From positions 51,398,001-51,462,000 of the forward strand of contig OZ286459.1 of NCBI GenBank assembly GCA_965644265.1: a DNA stretch of 64,000 nt. The letters are read 5' to 3'. Within the stretch, counting starts at the first letter, position 1, and every line of letters starts with the position of its first letter. The notes beneath the pieces are model-generated. The model was not told the DNA's origin. It ran no database searches and worked only from the letters and a program-made list of their open reading frames with translations. Below are positions 23,501 through 35,686 of this stretch, piece after piece. Source of the stretch: Glycera tridactyla. Taxonomy: Eukaryota. The position numbers and the translations under genes are program-made.

Positions 23501-24582
23501 GGTGCGCTCACCTAGCCTCTCCCTATGCCATCCGGCTCGTAACCGGGGCTACAAACGTCACAGGACATCTCCACATTAGGTGCGGTCTCACTGGCCATGT
23601 CTACCAGCTTATCAGCCACTTTATTGCTACTGGACACTTGATTACGGCCCCCCAATGACACCGGACCTTCTCCACTGTGACTATCGTCACCGGACACTTC
23701 CATGTCATCACAGGACAATATGCTTGTCCCATAGAAACTGGGGACCTGACCGAGGACACCGGATGTGAGCTACCATGCTCTACACCAGATCAACATCAGT
23801 ATCTGGCTGGACAACTGGACCATGTGTACCACATTGCCTACAGACTCCTCGTCTGTAATTGGCTTGTATTCCGGACTCCCAACAGACTCCGGGCCACATG
23901 AGTAACGAGAATCTTTATCAGACATCTCATGAGTAACTATTGGTTCCACATCCCAATCATCTGAATGAATAGAAGTCACACTATGTGTCGGAGTTGTCTT
24001 AGCAAATTTCGCTGCTAAAGCTGGCCTATATGAAATGGAACTTGACACCTCATTAGACACTAGACTAACGTCTTCTTTGTGAAACCTAGCCTTTCTGGAC
24101 TTATACTTCCTAGCAGAAACTGAGGATCTCTGTCTCACGGATAATGCTTCCCAGCTATCTCTTGAGTATGCCACGGACACGTTATCATGCTCAGAGCTTG
24201 GAAACCTGTCTGGAGAACATACAGGGTTGGAGGGCTCAATAGATTCAGTGAATGCTGTAGCTGACGATTCTATGGACACTAATGACCCCGGAACTGGAAG
24301 TACTGCAGTTACTTTCGGATCAACAGACACTTTTTTGGTCTTCTTCTTTTTTGAAGTGAAGGTCCTACGACTATAGTGTAAAGCCAACAGATTTGGTGAC
24401 CAGGATTCACATATCTGACAAGTGACCTCCCCTTGTTCCAACGGGTTCACTGCACTCCCACATGAACAGCGAGATGCGCACTTCGCATGCATGTCCCAAC
24501 TCGCCATAAAATTGCCACATGCGCCGCGTTTCTGTGGCAAAGGCACTGACGCCGACATCGTGTGCCTTGACTCACTACACAC
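20524..24582 (-). pseudogene. DIRS-A Gag-like ORF1 (frameshifted; Cys/His-rich N-terminus, long low-complexity middle)
   Basis: N-terminal CGNF..WDMH..C..C.C..CQIC..W; C-terminal MLSYSDLALA..LKTLYFDE..LGQ segment shared with elements C, H and E. Confidence 0.8.
22090..22800 (-). repeat. Coding minisatellite (~18-21 bp units, SHDPKR-like peptides) within DIRS-A gag
   Basis: Repeated CTTAGGATCATG-like units; translation SHDPRRSHDPKRDHEESHDPKQDPKK. Confidence 0.85.
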
Positions 24583-27500
24583 ACGAAATGTCCACTACAC
24601 TAACGCATGTGCAGCAACACTGCAACAGCTGCACTGCAGCCGCAACATTAACAACTATGAATGATATGAAAATCACAAGTGCCCAGCACTATTTCAACAT
24701 GTATCAATACAGGCATGCATTGACGCAGTCTGACAAGGCCGTGCCACGCGTCAATAATGTTTGTTCAATAACAAGTTCGCAATATATCCAAGAGACACCA
24801 CCTATGAACGAAATGATACTATTATAGTTCGGAACACAGGCAGTATCCTCCTGAACCATAGGCGACAAGAATATACTGAATGAATCGAAATTCTCTTCGA
24901 GCTGATGTTTCTGAGAAGGTCGGTAGTGCTAAAGATGTTACCGGACAGTTGAGAAGTCCGGTCCCATCTCCAGTAAAATCTCAGACACAATTGGAGGTGA
25001 CTGAGGTTTACCGAACACAGAGCACTGGTGCTTCTGTAGTTCTTCCTCAGGGGGAAGAGTCTATGGACACAGACGAGGTAGTTCCTACCTGGAAAGTCCC
25101 TGCTTTCACAACCAAGGGGTCTGTCCAGTCTGGTCCGGTCCTGTCCCAAACTCAGGCAGTGAAGCAGGATAAAACCGACGAAGTAGGCTATGAGTCAAGT
25201 CAGTTGCTTGGTAATGTGTCCGGTAATGTGTCTGGTGACCATGATGACTATGTTGAGAAAGTTTCTGGCCAGGGTTCCTGTTATGTGTCGGAAGATGACT
25301 CTGACGATGCAGAAGAGGCTGTTAGGCTGGTCATGTGTCCGGTGACCAGCATGAGTCTGATCGACCTGATGGAGTTTCCAGTCAGGTGGTTAGTATGTGT
25401 CCGGTGACCAGGATAAGGATTCTGTAGTTGCTTCTGGTGAGGACACACCTAGTAGAGGTGGTCTGTTACATTCTGGTGACGCAGTTAGCAATACAATTAT
25501 TACTGATTGAGTCATCACAGTTCAGAATCCTAAGGCAGGTACCTCTTCAGAAAACAGAGGTATGAGGATAGGGAGAGCTTAATTTCAGCCCTAATTCACA
25601 AGAAAAGGACTTATAGTATGTCTGCTTCTCTTGCAACGTCTGAGAAAATTGAGTCAGAAGTTCCCGCTAAAGGTGGTTATGTATCCAGGAAGGATTCTTT
25701 TCTGGCTCAAAAAGCTCAAAAGAAGTCTGCTCAGGTGGCGAGTTCTCCTCAGAAGTCCACTCAGGTGAATAGTTGTCTTCAGAAGAAGTCCACTCAGGTG
25801 GCGAGTTCTCCTCAGAGGAAGTCCACTCAGGTAGCTAGTTCTCCTCAGAGGGAGGCCACTCAGGTGGCTAGTTCTCCTCAGAAGTCTACTCAGGAGGAAG
25901 GGTCTCTTCAGAAGAAGTCCACTCAGGTGGCTAGTTCTCCTCAGATGAAGTCCACTCAGGTGGCTAGCTCTACTCAGAAAAAGTTCAGTGGTCCGAAGAG
26001 TAGAAAGTCGGGTTCATCGGCTAAGGTAGTTACCAAACCTATCAAATGTAAACAGTTGAAGGTTGTGCTGAGCCTGATTAAGGTAACTCCAGTAAAGGCT
26101 TCTTTGAAGAGGGGAGTGTTGAAGAAGTCATCCAGGAGTGTTTCACATTCAAAAGCAGTTATTCCTAACGTCATTCCGCTATCTTCACAAATTATTAGAT
26201 TACAACCTCAGGTAGTGGCTTCACCTCAGGTAGTAGCCATGTCATCCCCACCTAAGGTTGTGAGGAAGAGGAAAAGGCCTACACCACAGGAATCTCCTAT
26301 GCCTCAATCTGTTCCAACTAAACCACCGCCAGTACACATTGACTTAGATATGTGGCTTCAGAAGAACAGAAAGAATATCTCTAGCTCTACAACCCCTAAT
26401 AAACGTAGAGTTATTCCTCATACTGCAACCCCTAACTCACCGATAGTTATGGGAGAGAACAGAGCACAAGGCACTGAATCCTCAGAGATGACGGCCTTCA
26501 AAGCACAGTTTGAAGCAATGAGAGAAGAGATAAAACAGCTCAAAGAGGCTCAGGCTAGTCAGAAGGGGAATCTGTGGCTCAGACACACATGAGGGCTTTT
26601 AGAAAGTTGGTGGCGGATTCAGTCAGGATAAAATTTCACTTTCATCTCGACGATTGGTTGATACGTCATCAGGACCAATCTGTTCTAGAATCTCAGATAC
26701 AGTATGTTCTTCAGCTGACAGAGAAGTTAGGCTGGATTGTAAATCATGCGAAGTCTGATTTAGTCCCCAGTCAGAAGTTTCAATACTTAGGACTGGACTT
26801 CGACACAAAGTCAGCGCTAGTACGTCCTACTCTAAAAGGAGTAATGAACATGGAGGGTTGGGTGAGGCTATTCACTCGCAGACCTCGTCCACCAGCAAGG
26901 TCTATCCTGAAAATGCTAGGGCACATGTCAAGCATGTCAGACAGTGTTCCTCTTGGTCGGTTGCACATGCGACCGCTTCAGTTCTCTCTACTGGACCAGT
27001 GGAGGCTCTTTGCAGACGATCAAGATGCAGAGGTTCTCATTCATGCAGAGGTCATTCAGAACCTGAGTTGGTGGAAGGACAGAGAAAATACCCTGGCAGG
27101 CATATTTCTGAGTCCTCCAGAGCCATCCATGTCATTCCTCACTAATACATCTCTGTCGGCTCACCTCATTCAAGGGGATCAAAGAGAAGAGTTGTCAGGT
27201 GTGTGGCTGGAGGAGTTCAGGAGCTGTTCTATAAACGCCCTTGAGTTGGAAGAAATTCTGCTGGCAATTCTCGGCTTTGCAGAGTTGATCAAGAGAGAGG
27301 GCATTCTGTTGATGACAGACAACTCCGCATCAGTATCTCACATTGCCAAACAAGGAGAGACTCATTCCTCACTCCTCTGCGGAATTGCATGGAGGATTCT
27401 GATGAAGTCCAACGAGTTGGGGGTTTATCTTCAAGCGAGATACATTCCTGGGAAAAAGAATGTCCTCGCAGACTCCTTGTCTTTTCCATCTCCTGTCCAG

Positions 27501-27730
27501 ATGGAGTGGCAGCTGAGCCAGGAGATCTTCAACAAGGTAGTGTCTCAGTTCGTGATTTTTCCTATAGTAGACCTGACCCGTCTTCGTCTCCCCATTTCCT
27601 GATCCTCTAGCTCTGGCGACAGATGCTCTGTCAATGAGTTGGGAGAACATTCCAGTCACATACATTTATCCCCCACGGCACTTTTGAGGGAGGTGATAAA
27701 CAAATTGAGGGGGATGGACATGATATTGCT

Positions 27731-29841
27731 GTGTATAGCCTGGTTCCTGGACCTTCTGGAACTGTCGATGGTCCGGCAAATATCAATTCCAACAACCAGA
27801 GATGTTCTGACTCAGAAAGTGAGAGGCAAGGTAGTGAACCACCTCAAGCCTCAGGTGCTCAGTTTGCACGCTTGGTTGCCATCAGGTGTGCCTTGGCACG
27901 GAAGGGTTCTTCACAACGAACAATCACCAGAATCTCGAGCTCTGCTAGAGCCTCAACAACTAAAGAATATGACTCACGTTGGTTGAAGTGGGAGTACTGG
28001 TGTCAAGATCAGCATGTTCTGAGTGATGAGCCCGAGATTGCTCAGGTATGTGAGTTCCTTGTTGAGTTGTGGGAGTCAGGGTCATCTCTTGAAACCATGA
28101 AGAGGTATTGGTCGGTCTTGAATTCAGTTCTTGCAAGGCTGGGAATCAGAATTGCAGAGGCACCTGATGTGTCTGATCTTCTGAAGAATTCTGCTTTAGA
28201 AGGACCGGTTTGTAAAAAGTTGGTGTCTCAGTGGGATCTTTCTGTGGTATTGGCCTTGTTGAAGGAAGCTCTTTTTGAGCCTATTGAGTCTTGTGATTCG
28301 TTGTCTTTGACGAAAAAGACAGTGTTTTTGTTGGCTCTAGCGTCTGGCAGGGGGCACAGCGATTTGCATGGTTTTTCTGGTCTGTCGGATTCTATAAGAT
28401 TCAGTCGTGATTTGTCCAGTGTTACGTTGATTGCGGAACCGGGCTTTCTTGCTAAAAATCAAGGACCAGACAAGCTTTCCCCATTGATTGTTATCCCTGC
28501 TCTTCTCTCCTCAAATAGGTTTCGAGGTAGGGATCTTTGTTTGTGTCCAGTTAGAGCCCTCGAATGTTATATCAGGAGAATTGCTCCATAACGTGGCTCT
28601 AGGAGAAGATTCTTGATATTTCCAAAGCAGGGAATGTCCAAAGAAATTCAAGTGGACAGAATTTCCAAGTGGATTATGGAGGCAGTGAAGGCTGCTTATC
28701 AGAGGAGGGAAGGGAGAGAACCTTTGAGAAGAGTCTCTGCTCATGAGCTCAGAGCAAACTCATCTTCGTGGAGATTGTTCAATAGAGCTTGCTCCTTTTC
28801 TGACCTGATGCAAGCAGCTTTTTGGAGGTCGAGAAACACGATCTACACTATTCATGTTTAGTCCTACTGGAGAGATTAGTCAAAGGCAGACAAGACAGTC
28901 AGCTAGAGGTGGTCTTTATCCACTGAGATTCCGTCTAAGTATGGGGAATGGCTCTTCACGAGCTCGCGGTGTTCAAATATGGTACAGGCTCCCAACGGAT
29001 ATCAGAAATAGTGAAGGTATAAAAGGTTCCAAATGCCAAACCAAGAGGATTTTCTATAGTCATCATCTGCTACCATGAACAGCGATTATCGGTGTTCCGC
29101 CCAGTAAGATTGTGTGAGACTATTTGAATTTGCCACTGCCACTATTACTCCATGTTTTCACTCTGAACGCATGTCGCTTGAGATCTAACTGTCCTGGTAT
29201 GCTTTATTTATCTGAGACCTGTTATTATTATTATTATTATTATTATTATAATGTATGATATATTGACCTGCTGTCACCTATGATCTGCATCTGTGAATGC
29301 TCGTGAAATCGACTTTAGGATACACTTGATCCAACTACAAGTATAACATGATTCCTAGTGAATGGAAACTACCTACTGCTTGCCTCTTCCTCAATCTCTT
29401 GTCTTGTCTCCCGTATACATCAGTAATGGGACCTTAATCTGGATATGGACAATATACTTACCAATCTCATCTATTTGTAATTTTGACCAATTTCATGTCT
29501 GTGTTATGCCTTGTTGATGTCAAATGATATTCACAAATGTCATCGTATGCTATGGCCAACTTCTGTAGTGCATTCTGTTTCTGGTTTCTATCTGTCACTT
29601 CTTGATGATTGCTGTATATATATATATATTTCTACTTATTCATGTTCTATGTTTAGCTAAGTTATGTGTTTTTCTTGTCCGTGTAAGCTTGTATGACCCT
29701 AGTGGTCCCTTGCTTCTATGAATACATGTTTAAAAAAAACAAAACACATATTACTTGCGAGATATGTGTGGGCAAGGGCCTGATCTATATTCTTTTGGGC
29801 CCATTGTGGCTAGCCAGGCAGTGGTTTCTCCACCTAAATAA
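27731..29841 (+). pseudogene. DIRS-B tyrosine recombinase (one premature stop at 28589-91, split by LINE-d)
   Basis: QWDLSVVL, LLALASGR, LCPVRAL, SAHELRA (HxxR). Removing 28849-29743 restores WRSRNTIYTYYLRDMCGQ..DLYSFGPIV, including the putative catalytic Tyr. Confidence 0.88.
28849..29743 (+). mobile_element. 3' fragment of a CR1/L2-type LINE-d with 3' UTR
   Basis: RGVQIWYRLPTDIRNS C-terminus, (TTA)n at 29221-29250, A-rich tail; ACAC duplicated at 28845-48 and 29744-47. Confidence 0.8.
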
Positions 29842-30237
29842 TTTGTATAAGATATATTTTCCAACCATCCAGTTCATATTTGGCTGCTAAATTTGAAGGA
29901 GAAACCAGGTTATGTATTAACCCACCCAGGTTTGCTTGTCTAACCTGGGTGTTAATACCTACCTGTTTCTCCTTCAAATTGTGATTTTCCCTCCCGTCCT
30001 CCCTGTATATGTTGTTTATATCATGACAAGCCACCCAGGCGCGTAATGTTTGGTTACGCTGTTCTGGTGTCAGGCAGATACTTTAGGTGTCACTTGGCGA
30101 TATTGGAGGGAGGGTCACTCTAGGGAAAGTTCATATCTTTTTGTTGTTAAAAAGTTCGATTATAGGCGATTCAGAGAGAGTGAATGCTAAATTTGAAGGA
30201 GAAACAGGTAGGTATCAACACCCAGGTTAGACAAGCA

Positions 30238-33100
30238 TGCTCTATGGATTTCAAGCCAATATTCATTGCCATCTCAGTTTTCTCCTCAATATTCTCTACA
30301 TCCACTACATCCTCATGAGTGGCTCGTAGTGCAGCAGCTAGAGCCACATCAGTATATGAGAGAACCTTGAGGGCCTTTCACCATATTTTCCTCAACTGAG
30401 GGATTCAGGTCGGTTTTAGAGGCCTTCCCAAAACCTCTGGAGGGACATCACAGTACCTCTCATTTCCCTCATCGTCTGGTCTCATTTTATAGACCCTTGC
30501 ATTGGTAGGAAATTAGTCTGCAATGATCTATTCAAGACCTCAGTGTTCCCCCCCCCTTGGATGGAACAAACTCAGATAAGGAAGCGTCTTTTTCTACTGT
30601 TAGTTGGAATTTTTCCCTGCCCTGAAGATTCTTGTCAAGATACTTTTGCATGTTCTTCACCATGAGAGAAAGGGGTGAGTTGAAGTCAACTAACCTCTGC
30701 ATCTCTCTAGCCCTTGCATCTGCCTCATAATCGGACCTCATAGTATCCCCAGCCATACCTGCTGTACTTAATATGGATCTGGATGACCCATGTCAGAGGT
30801 TAAAACCTCTGAAGCATATGCATCTCAGAATGCATGCTCCTAATGAGAGCTCTGGTGGATCTTCTATCCCTCTCAGACCAATCCTCATCACTACTATCCT
30901 CAGAAATTTCAGAAGATGACGGGGACCGAGCATGTGTGACTGGTTGACTACTTGAACGTGGTCTGACTGGAGGTCTGGTTACAATGACTGGTGGTCTAGT
31001 CGAAGTAGATACAGGTCTATTGGCAGTGGCTACTGGCCTAGATTGAATACCTGGTGCAGTGGCAGTTGTTTTACCCATAGAGTTACAGTGTTACAGATAC
31101 AATAGAAGGTGCTTTAGTCAACTTGGCTGGTGGTTCAGCCAAGGTGGCTGGTGGTGCAAATACAATGGTTGGCGCATACACAGTGGCTGGTGGTGTAACC
31201 ACAGTGGCTGGAGTATAAGTCATGACTGGTGGTGTAGCAACAATGGCTGGTGGTACACTGACTGGCTGGCTAGTATCAATTGCTAACAATGCGTGAGCAG
31301 ATTTGGTAACCCTAGCACGCGGTGAATGAACTTGGGTTGACATTGAGGTCTCTTGTGATACAGGACTTCTATTATCAGGGTAACTGTAGCACTAACTCTT
31401 GATCCAGATACACTTGACCCATGCGCTTCCGTACGTTGTTGCCAACTAGAAGCAGGTGAAGGAGGAAAGCTAATAGACTCAGAATCATTGCTCCTCTTCC
31501 TATAGACCGGTCTGGTAGCACTTGACTGTGAACAGAACCGAAAACACTTTTAGGCAGATGTGACAATTGTTCAGTTGATTTCTGCCTACTGGAGTGAGAC
31601 CATGTCTTCCTAGCTGAACTAGCTCCGCTATGTACACTAGCCTGGTCAACAGCGTCTGTTCTGTGTACAATAGCCTGGAGTACTACTGTCTGGTCTTCAA
31701 CCAACTGACCAGTCACTACTGCCTGAACCAATGCCCGTGCCTGGTGCCCGGTCAATGCCCGGTACCCGGTGCCTGGTGCCTGGTCAGGAATATTTTCTGA
31801 CACAATCCCAATGTCAGAATCAATCTGAGATCCTCTATCCCCTCTGTGCCCGGTACTGCTATGTTCTGACCGGTCACAGGGGTTAGTAACAGATCTATCC
31901 TCTCTATCCTCCTGACTGGAGACAACTGCCTGGTCAAAACCAGGCGCTGATGTCTGACAGTCATTGACTGGTAGGATATCATCCATATACTCACTGTCTG
32001 CAGAAGGTGCCCTGACTGGTGACATATGAGATTCTTGATCTCTCTCGGACAATTTCTTTGCTCTAGAACTGGATTTTGGACGAGATTTCTCATATGACTT
32101 TCGTGAGAGGTGAACTTTGGATTAGAGGTGAACTTGGGATTAGATCTCTTTGCAGCACTATCTACACGTTCTGGAGTTCTGGGTAGTGCATCCTCAACTG
32201 GTGATCCCTGGTGAGTTGGACTGTGACTTCCCTATATCTAGGAGAAGACGAACGAATACCACCTGTTTTTGCTTTCTGAGTCCTACCACTGTTTATTGGT
32301 CTAAGGGGAGGACGAGATGAAAGGCTTTCCTCATCTAACTCTCTCATAGGAGCAGCTATAGAACTGGGTCTAGTTGGCAGATGTCTACTTGGGGCTGAAG
32401 TAGGTGGTTCTGAGCTAACTGACCTACCCGAGTGTAATGCTGGTTCTGTTAACTTGTTATCAACACTACTCCTAGCAAGGACCTGTTTAGCATGGGCTTC
32501 CCACTCACTAGCTTGTTTTTCAGTGATATGTGAAGTTGTACTTGGTTCATCATGAGACCTATGTTCAACATTGTCTGAAGCCTTCTTTGCATATTTCCTT
32601 GATTCGTGAGTTCTTCTGTCATTATGGCGTTGCCAGAGATCAGGGGACCAACTCTCACAAACATCACACACTGTTTCATTATCTGACCCCTCTCTGCCCT
32701 TTCCGCATTCCCAGCAGGAGGGACACAATGGATGGTCGTCCCAATGTGCCTTGAAGTGGCCACATTTGGGGTGCTTAGGAGTGTGTGAGGACATGATATC
32801 AATACACATACAATACACAATGATATGAAAATCACAGACATGTTAATAGCATGTCATTTGAAAGTACACAATACACAATGCGCTCCCCCACCCCACAACA
32901 CTTTTGACAGCGTTTAACACGTGAGCGTGAGCACAATAAGTTTAACACGCGCAACGAACTGGAAAGAGGGTATATGCAGTCTCAGGACTATACAACATCC
33001 AAGAGTAAATGCTCCGCTATCTATCCAGAACGCCGAGATGGGCGTGAAAGCATTAGAATAGGCAAACGAATCAAATCCGTCAAGCTACGCCTGCATAATT
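30238..33100 (-). mobile_element. DIRS1-like element C, 5' UTR + gag only
   Basis: N-terminal CGHFKAHWDDHPLCPSCWEC..CDVCESW (32162-32818), PPATV repeats at 31120-31270, and LKVLSYTDVALAA..KSIEHA at ~30240-30380, homologous to A/H gag. Confidence 0.85.
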
Positions 33101-33129
33101 TCTATGGTAGGTTCATAGTACTTGCTACT

Positions 33130-35341
33130 GATCACATAGTCTATGCAAAGGCAGTGTAAGTATACATGGATCAGGTGTGATGGATAGACCTACCCCCTTA
33201 TCATTGGATCTGATACAGAAAAAATCCGATGTCTTGAAATGAAAGCAATATGGGAAGTACACAGAGGCTGGCTGCTGGAACATCAGAAGGATACAAAGAC
33301 TTCGGTTCGAGAAATTTTGTACTGGGCATTTGGCCAATGATCACAATCATGATGAGTCCAAACCATGACTAAATCATGACTAAACTATCAACAACAGCGT
33401 GTGTATCTTGCCTCTGGATGGGCACAACTGCATGAGATGGCAGACACTACAGTATCTTTATCTGCATCTCATTTTTCTTTTGCACCAAATCTGTTATGTA
33501 GTCTTTGTATGAGAAGTGTGCAAAGTGGCAGCTGAGCCCTTGGGGAAAATGATGTGACGTTCTATGCAGTTTGGAACAGAGTCCATGACAAAGTAGTCAA
33601 GGTGTACCCCAGGTTACTATTCATGAGAGCCATGTTTGTTATACAGAATCAGATGCTGACTACCTATTTAGCAGCACTACAAAGAACCAAGGTCGCAATA
33701 TGCTGCCATGAGTGGTGCTTGTGGAAACACATACTGATTTGTTGGTCATGTTGGTTGATGAAAAACAATGTGCACAAACAGTAAGCCACAGATAAGAATA
33801 ACATATTAATGAAATCAAGCAGAGAATTCATGAAGAGACATGCAAGAACATTCAGATAACTTATGCTATTACTGCATGTAACATCACAGAATGTAATGAG
33901 CCTAGATGCTACCAAGTGGGGAAGAGAGCACTGAGCTTGCCTGGTATATACAGGAGCTTGGCTACTGCATAGGAACATGAGGGAAATGTGCATAGGCCTT
34001 TGACAATCACAATGTACTTTGGTCCATGCACTGTCCCATCTAATCCTCTACTGGCATCCAAACAACCCGATATAAAAAACTAAAGGCCACCTCCATCTCA
34101 CTTCACCCTTCGAGAATTCATTGTACAGAAGTGTTGGGATATGTAGCGAACCAGGATTCTGACAAGTTGGATTCAGTGATGACAGGCTCACCCCATCCAA
34201 ACTGATAGGTCCATTGCACCAACATGTTTCAAATGTGGCAAAAGAAGCAAAGGTGGAAGACCTGGCTTGTCCCTATTTCACAACCATGTGCTCATCATGT
34301 ATTGAACAAATATGTTACAGTGAAACCAAAGTGCCATGGAGTGGGGCATATCAAGACTAATAGTAACAACAACAATAACATCAAAAATCATATTGATGTG
34401 ATGTGAACATAAGTATTCTATCATATTGGGGTGTGATACCACCTAATACCACTCTCTTGGGACTCCAAATTGAGAAGCACATGCATACTGAGCAGATTGT
34501 TCATAAATGTTGGGAACTGTCTCCAACTTCATACACATGAAATACAAAATTCTAGAATGGTGATCATTCTGGGCATTATTGGATCCAGTCCATCACTGAT
34601 ATATGTTTCATTGAATGGGCTGATATCTGTTGAAAATTGCTCCACCAGTCCTAGTCTTGAGATATAATCATTTCAGTTATTTCAATCAAATTTTATGACA
34701 ATCTTGATTATGTTGATAAAACTTGATATTGAATCATGGATACAATATCAGAAATGCACTTCCCAGCCATTTTACACCAGGAAAAGAGGTTTCACACATC
34801 AATGTGTAACATTTACTTCAAAAGTCATATGTTCCTTTTTTCTCAATGGCGGCCATCTTGAATTGTGTGTCACCACACCGTTAGAATGATAATCATTTTA
34901 AGCATGATCAGATCCAATCCACTGATATGTGTATCAGTGAATGGGCTGGTACCTTTTGCAAATTGTTTGATCAAGCTCCAGCACTAGCCATAGTCTGAGA
35001 TATGATAATTTCTGTTATTTCGACTCAATATAATATGGATCATGAGAATGTTGAAGAAACTTGACATTGAATCAACAAACTAATGTCAGAAATGGACTCC
35101 CCAGTCCCTATACACTAGGAAAAGAGGTATTGCACATCAACCTGTGACATTTAGTTCAAAAGTTATATGTTCCCTATTGTGGATGGCGGCCATCTTGGAT
35201 TTTGTGCCGCCACACGGTTAGCATGATGGGGACTTTTGGGGACTTCATTTTTTTGGACTCAGGGACCCTCAAGGCAACTTTCCTGAAAAAATCAGCTTTC
35301 TCTATTTTTTTTCCGGGTTGAATGCTAATGCTCCTGTACTA
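33130..35341 (+). mobile_element. Highly decayed Academ-like (XPG/PIN-domain) DNA transposon 3' remnant with putative right TIR
   Basis: Decayed frames ESDADYL..VVLVETHTDLLVML, YAITACNIT (cf. HAxxGCDTTS), TDRSIAP and a Cys-rich end; two ~335-bp tandem units at 34560-35225; ends ..GCTCCTGTACTA at 35341. Family assignment is from my recall of the motifs. Confidence 0.55.
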
Positions 35342-35686
35342 TCTGTGTGAATGAATAACTGTGCGTGCAGAAGCAGTAACTAGTGCTTGGACTATACGCT
35401 ATCTATCCAAGCTATCGCGACGGGCGTAGGCATATCAAAAATACTGCAAAATATGAAAGTTGGAAAGGGAATTCTCGCACGGCGTTGGATCAATGGTTGA
35501 ATAGAGAAATTATGATTTTCGTCGGCGTGGAATGTGCCAGGTTGCCGGAACATCCGTTAGGTGGTGCTTGTGACGGAGGGAGGATAGTTCTATCTGAAGT
35601 TAGTTTCCACTTGTTTTGAAGTTTGAGCGTAGGTAGTTTGGAATTAGGGATGCATAATTTGAGGGAGAGACAGGGACGGTATTAAC
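35342..35686 (-). mobile_element. Isolated DIRS left end (left ITR + part of 5' UTR)
   Basis: Begins GTTAATACCGTCCCTGTCTCTCCCTCAAATTATGCATCCC, like the left end of element G; shares CGCTATCTATCCA..GGGCGT with the 5' UTR of C. Confidence 0.8.

Larger units (their letters stand above)
17490..24903 (-). mobile_element. DIRS1-like retrotransposon A (Gag, RT, RNase H, methylase domain; YR and both termini lost), interrupted by LINE-c
   Basis: Gag pieces 20524-24582, RT 20471-20023 + 18697-18060, RH/MT 17449-18060. The 5' UTR matches element F (62740-63070) until ~24903. Confidence 0.92.
24904..30237 (+). mobile_element. DIRS1-like retrotransposon B (5'-truncated; gag-to-RT deletion; retains RH, MT, YR, ICR and right ITR), interrupted by LINE-d
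   Basis: Gag repeats 25720-25980; RT/RH 26574-27602 (HLDDWL, YLGLDFDT, YIPGKKNVLADSL); YR 27731-29841; ICR 29886-29980; right ITR ending ~30237. Confidence 0.9.
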
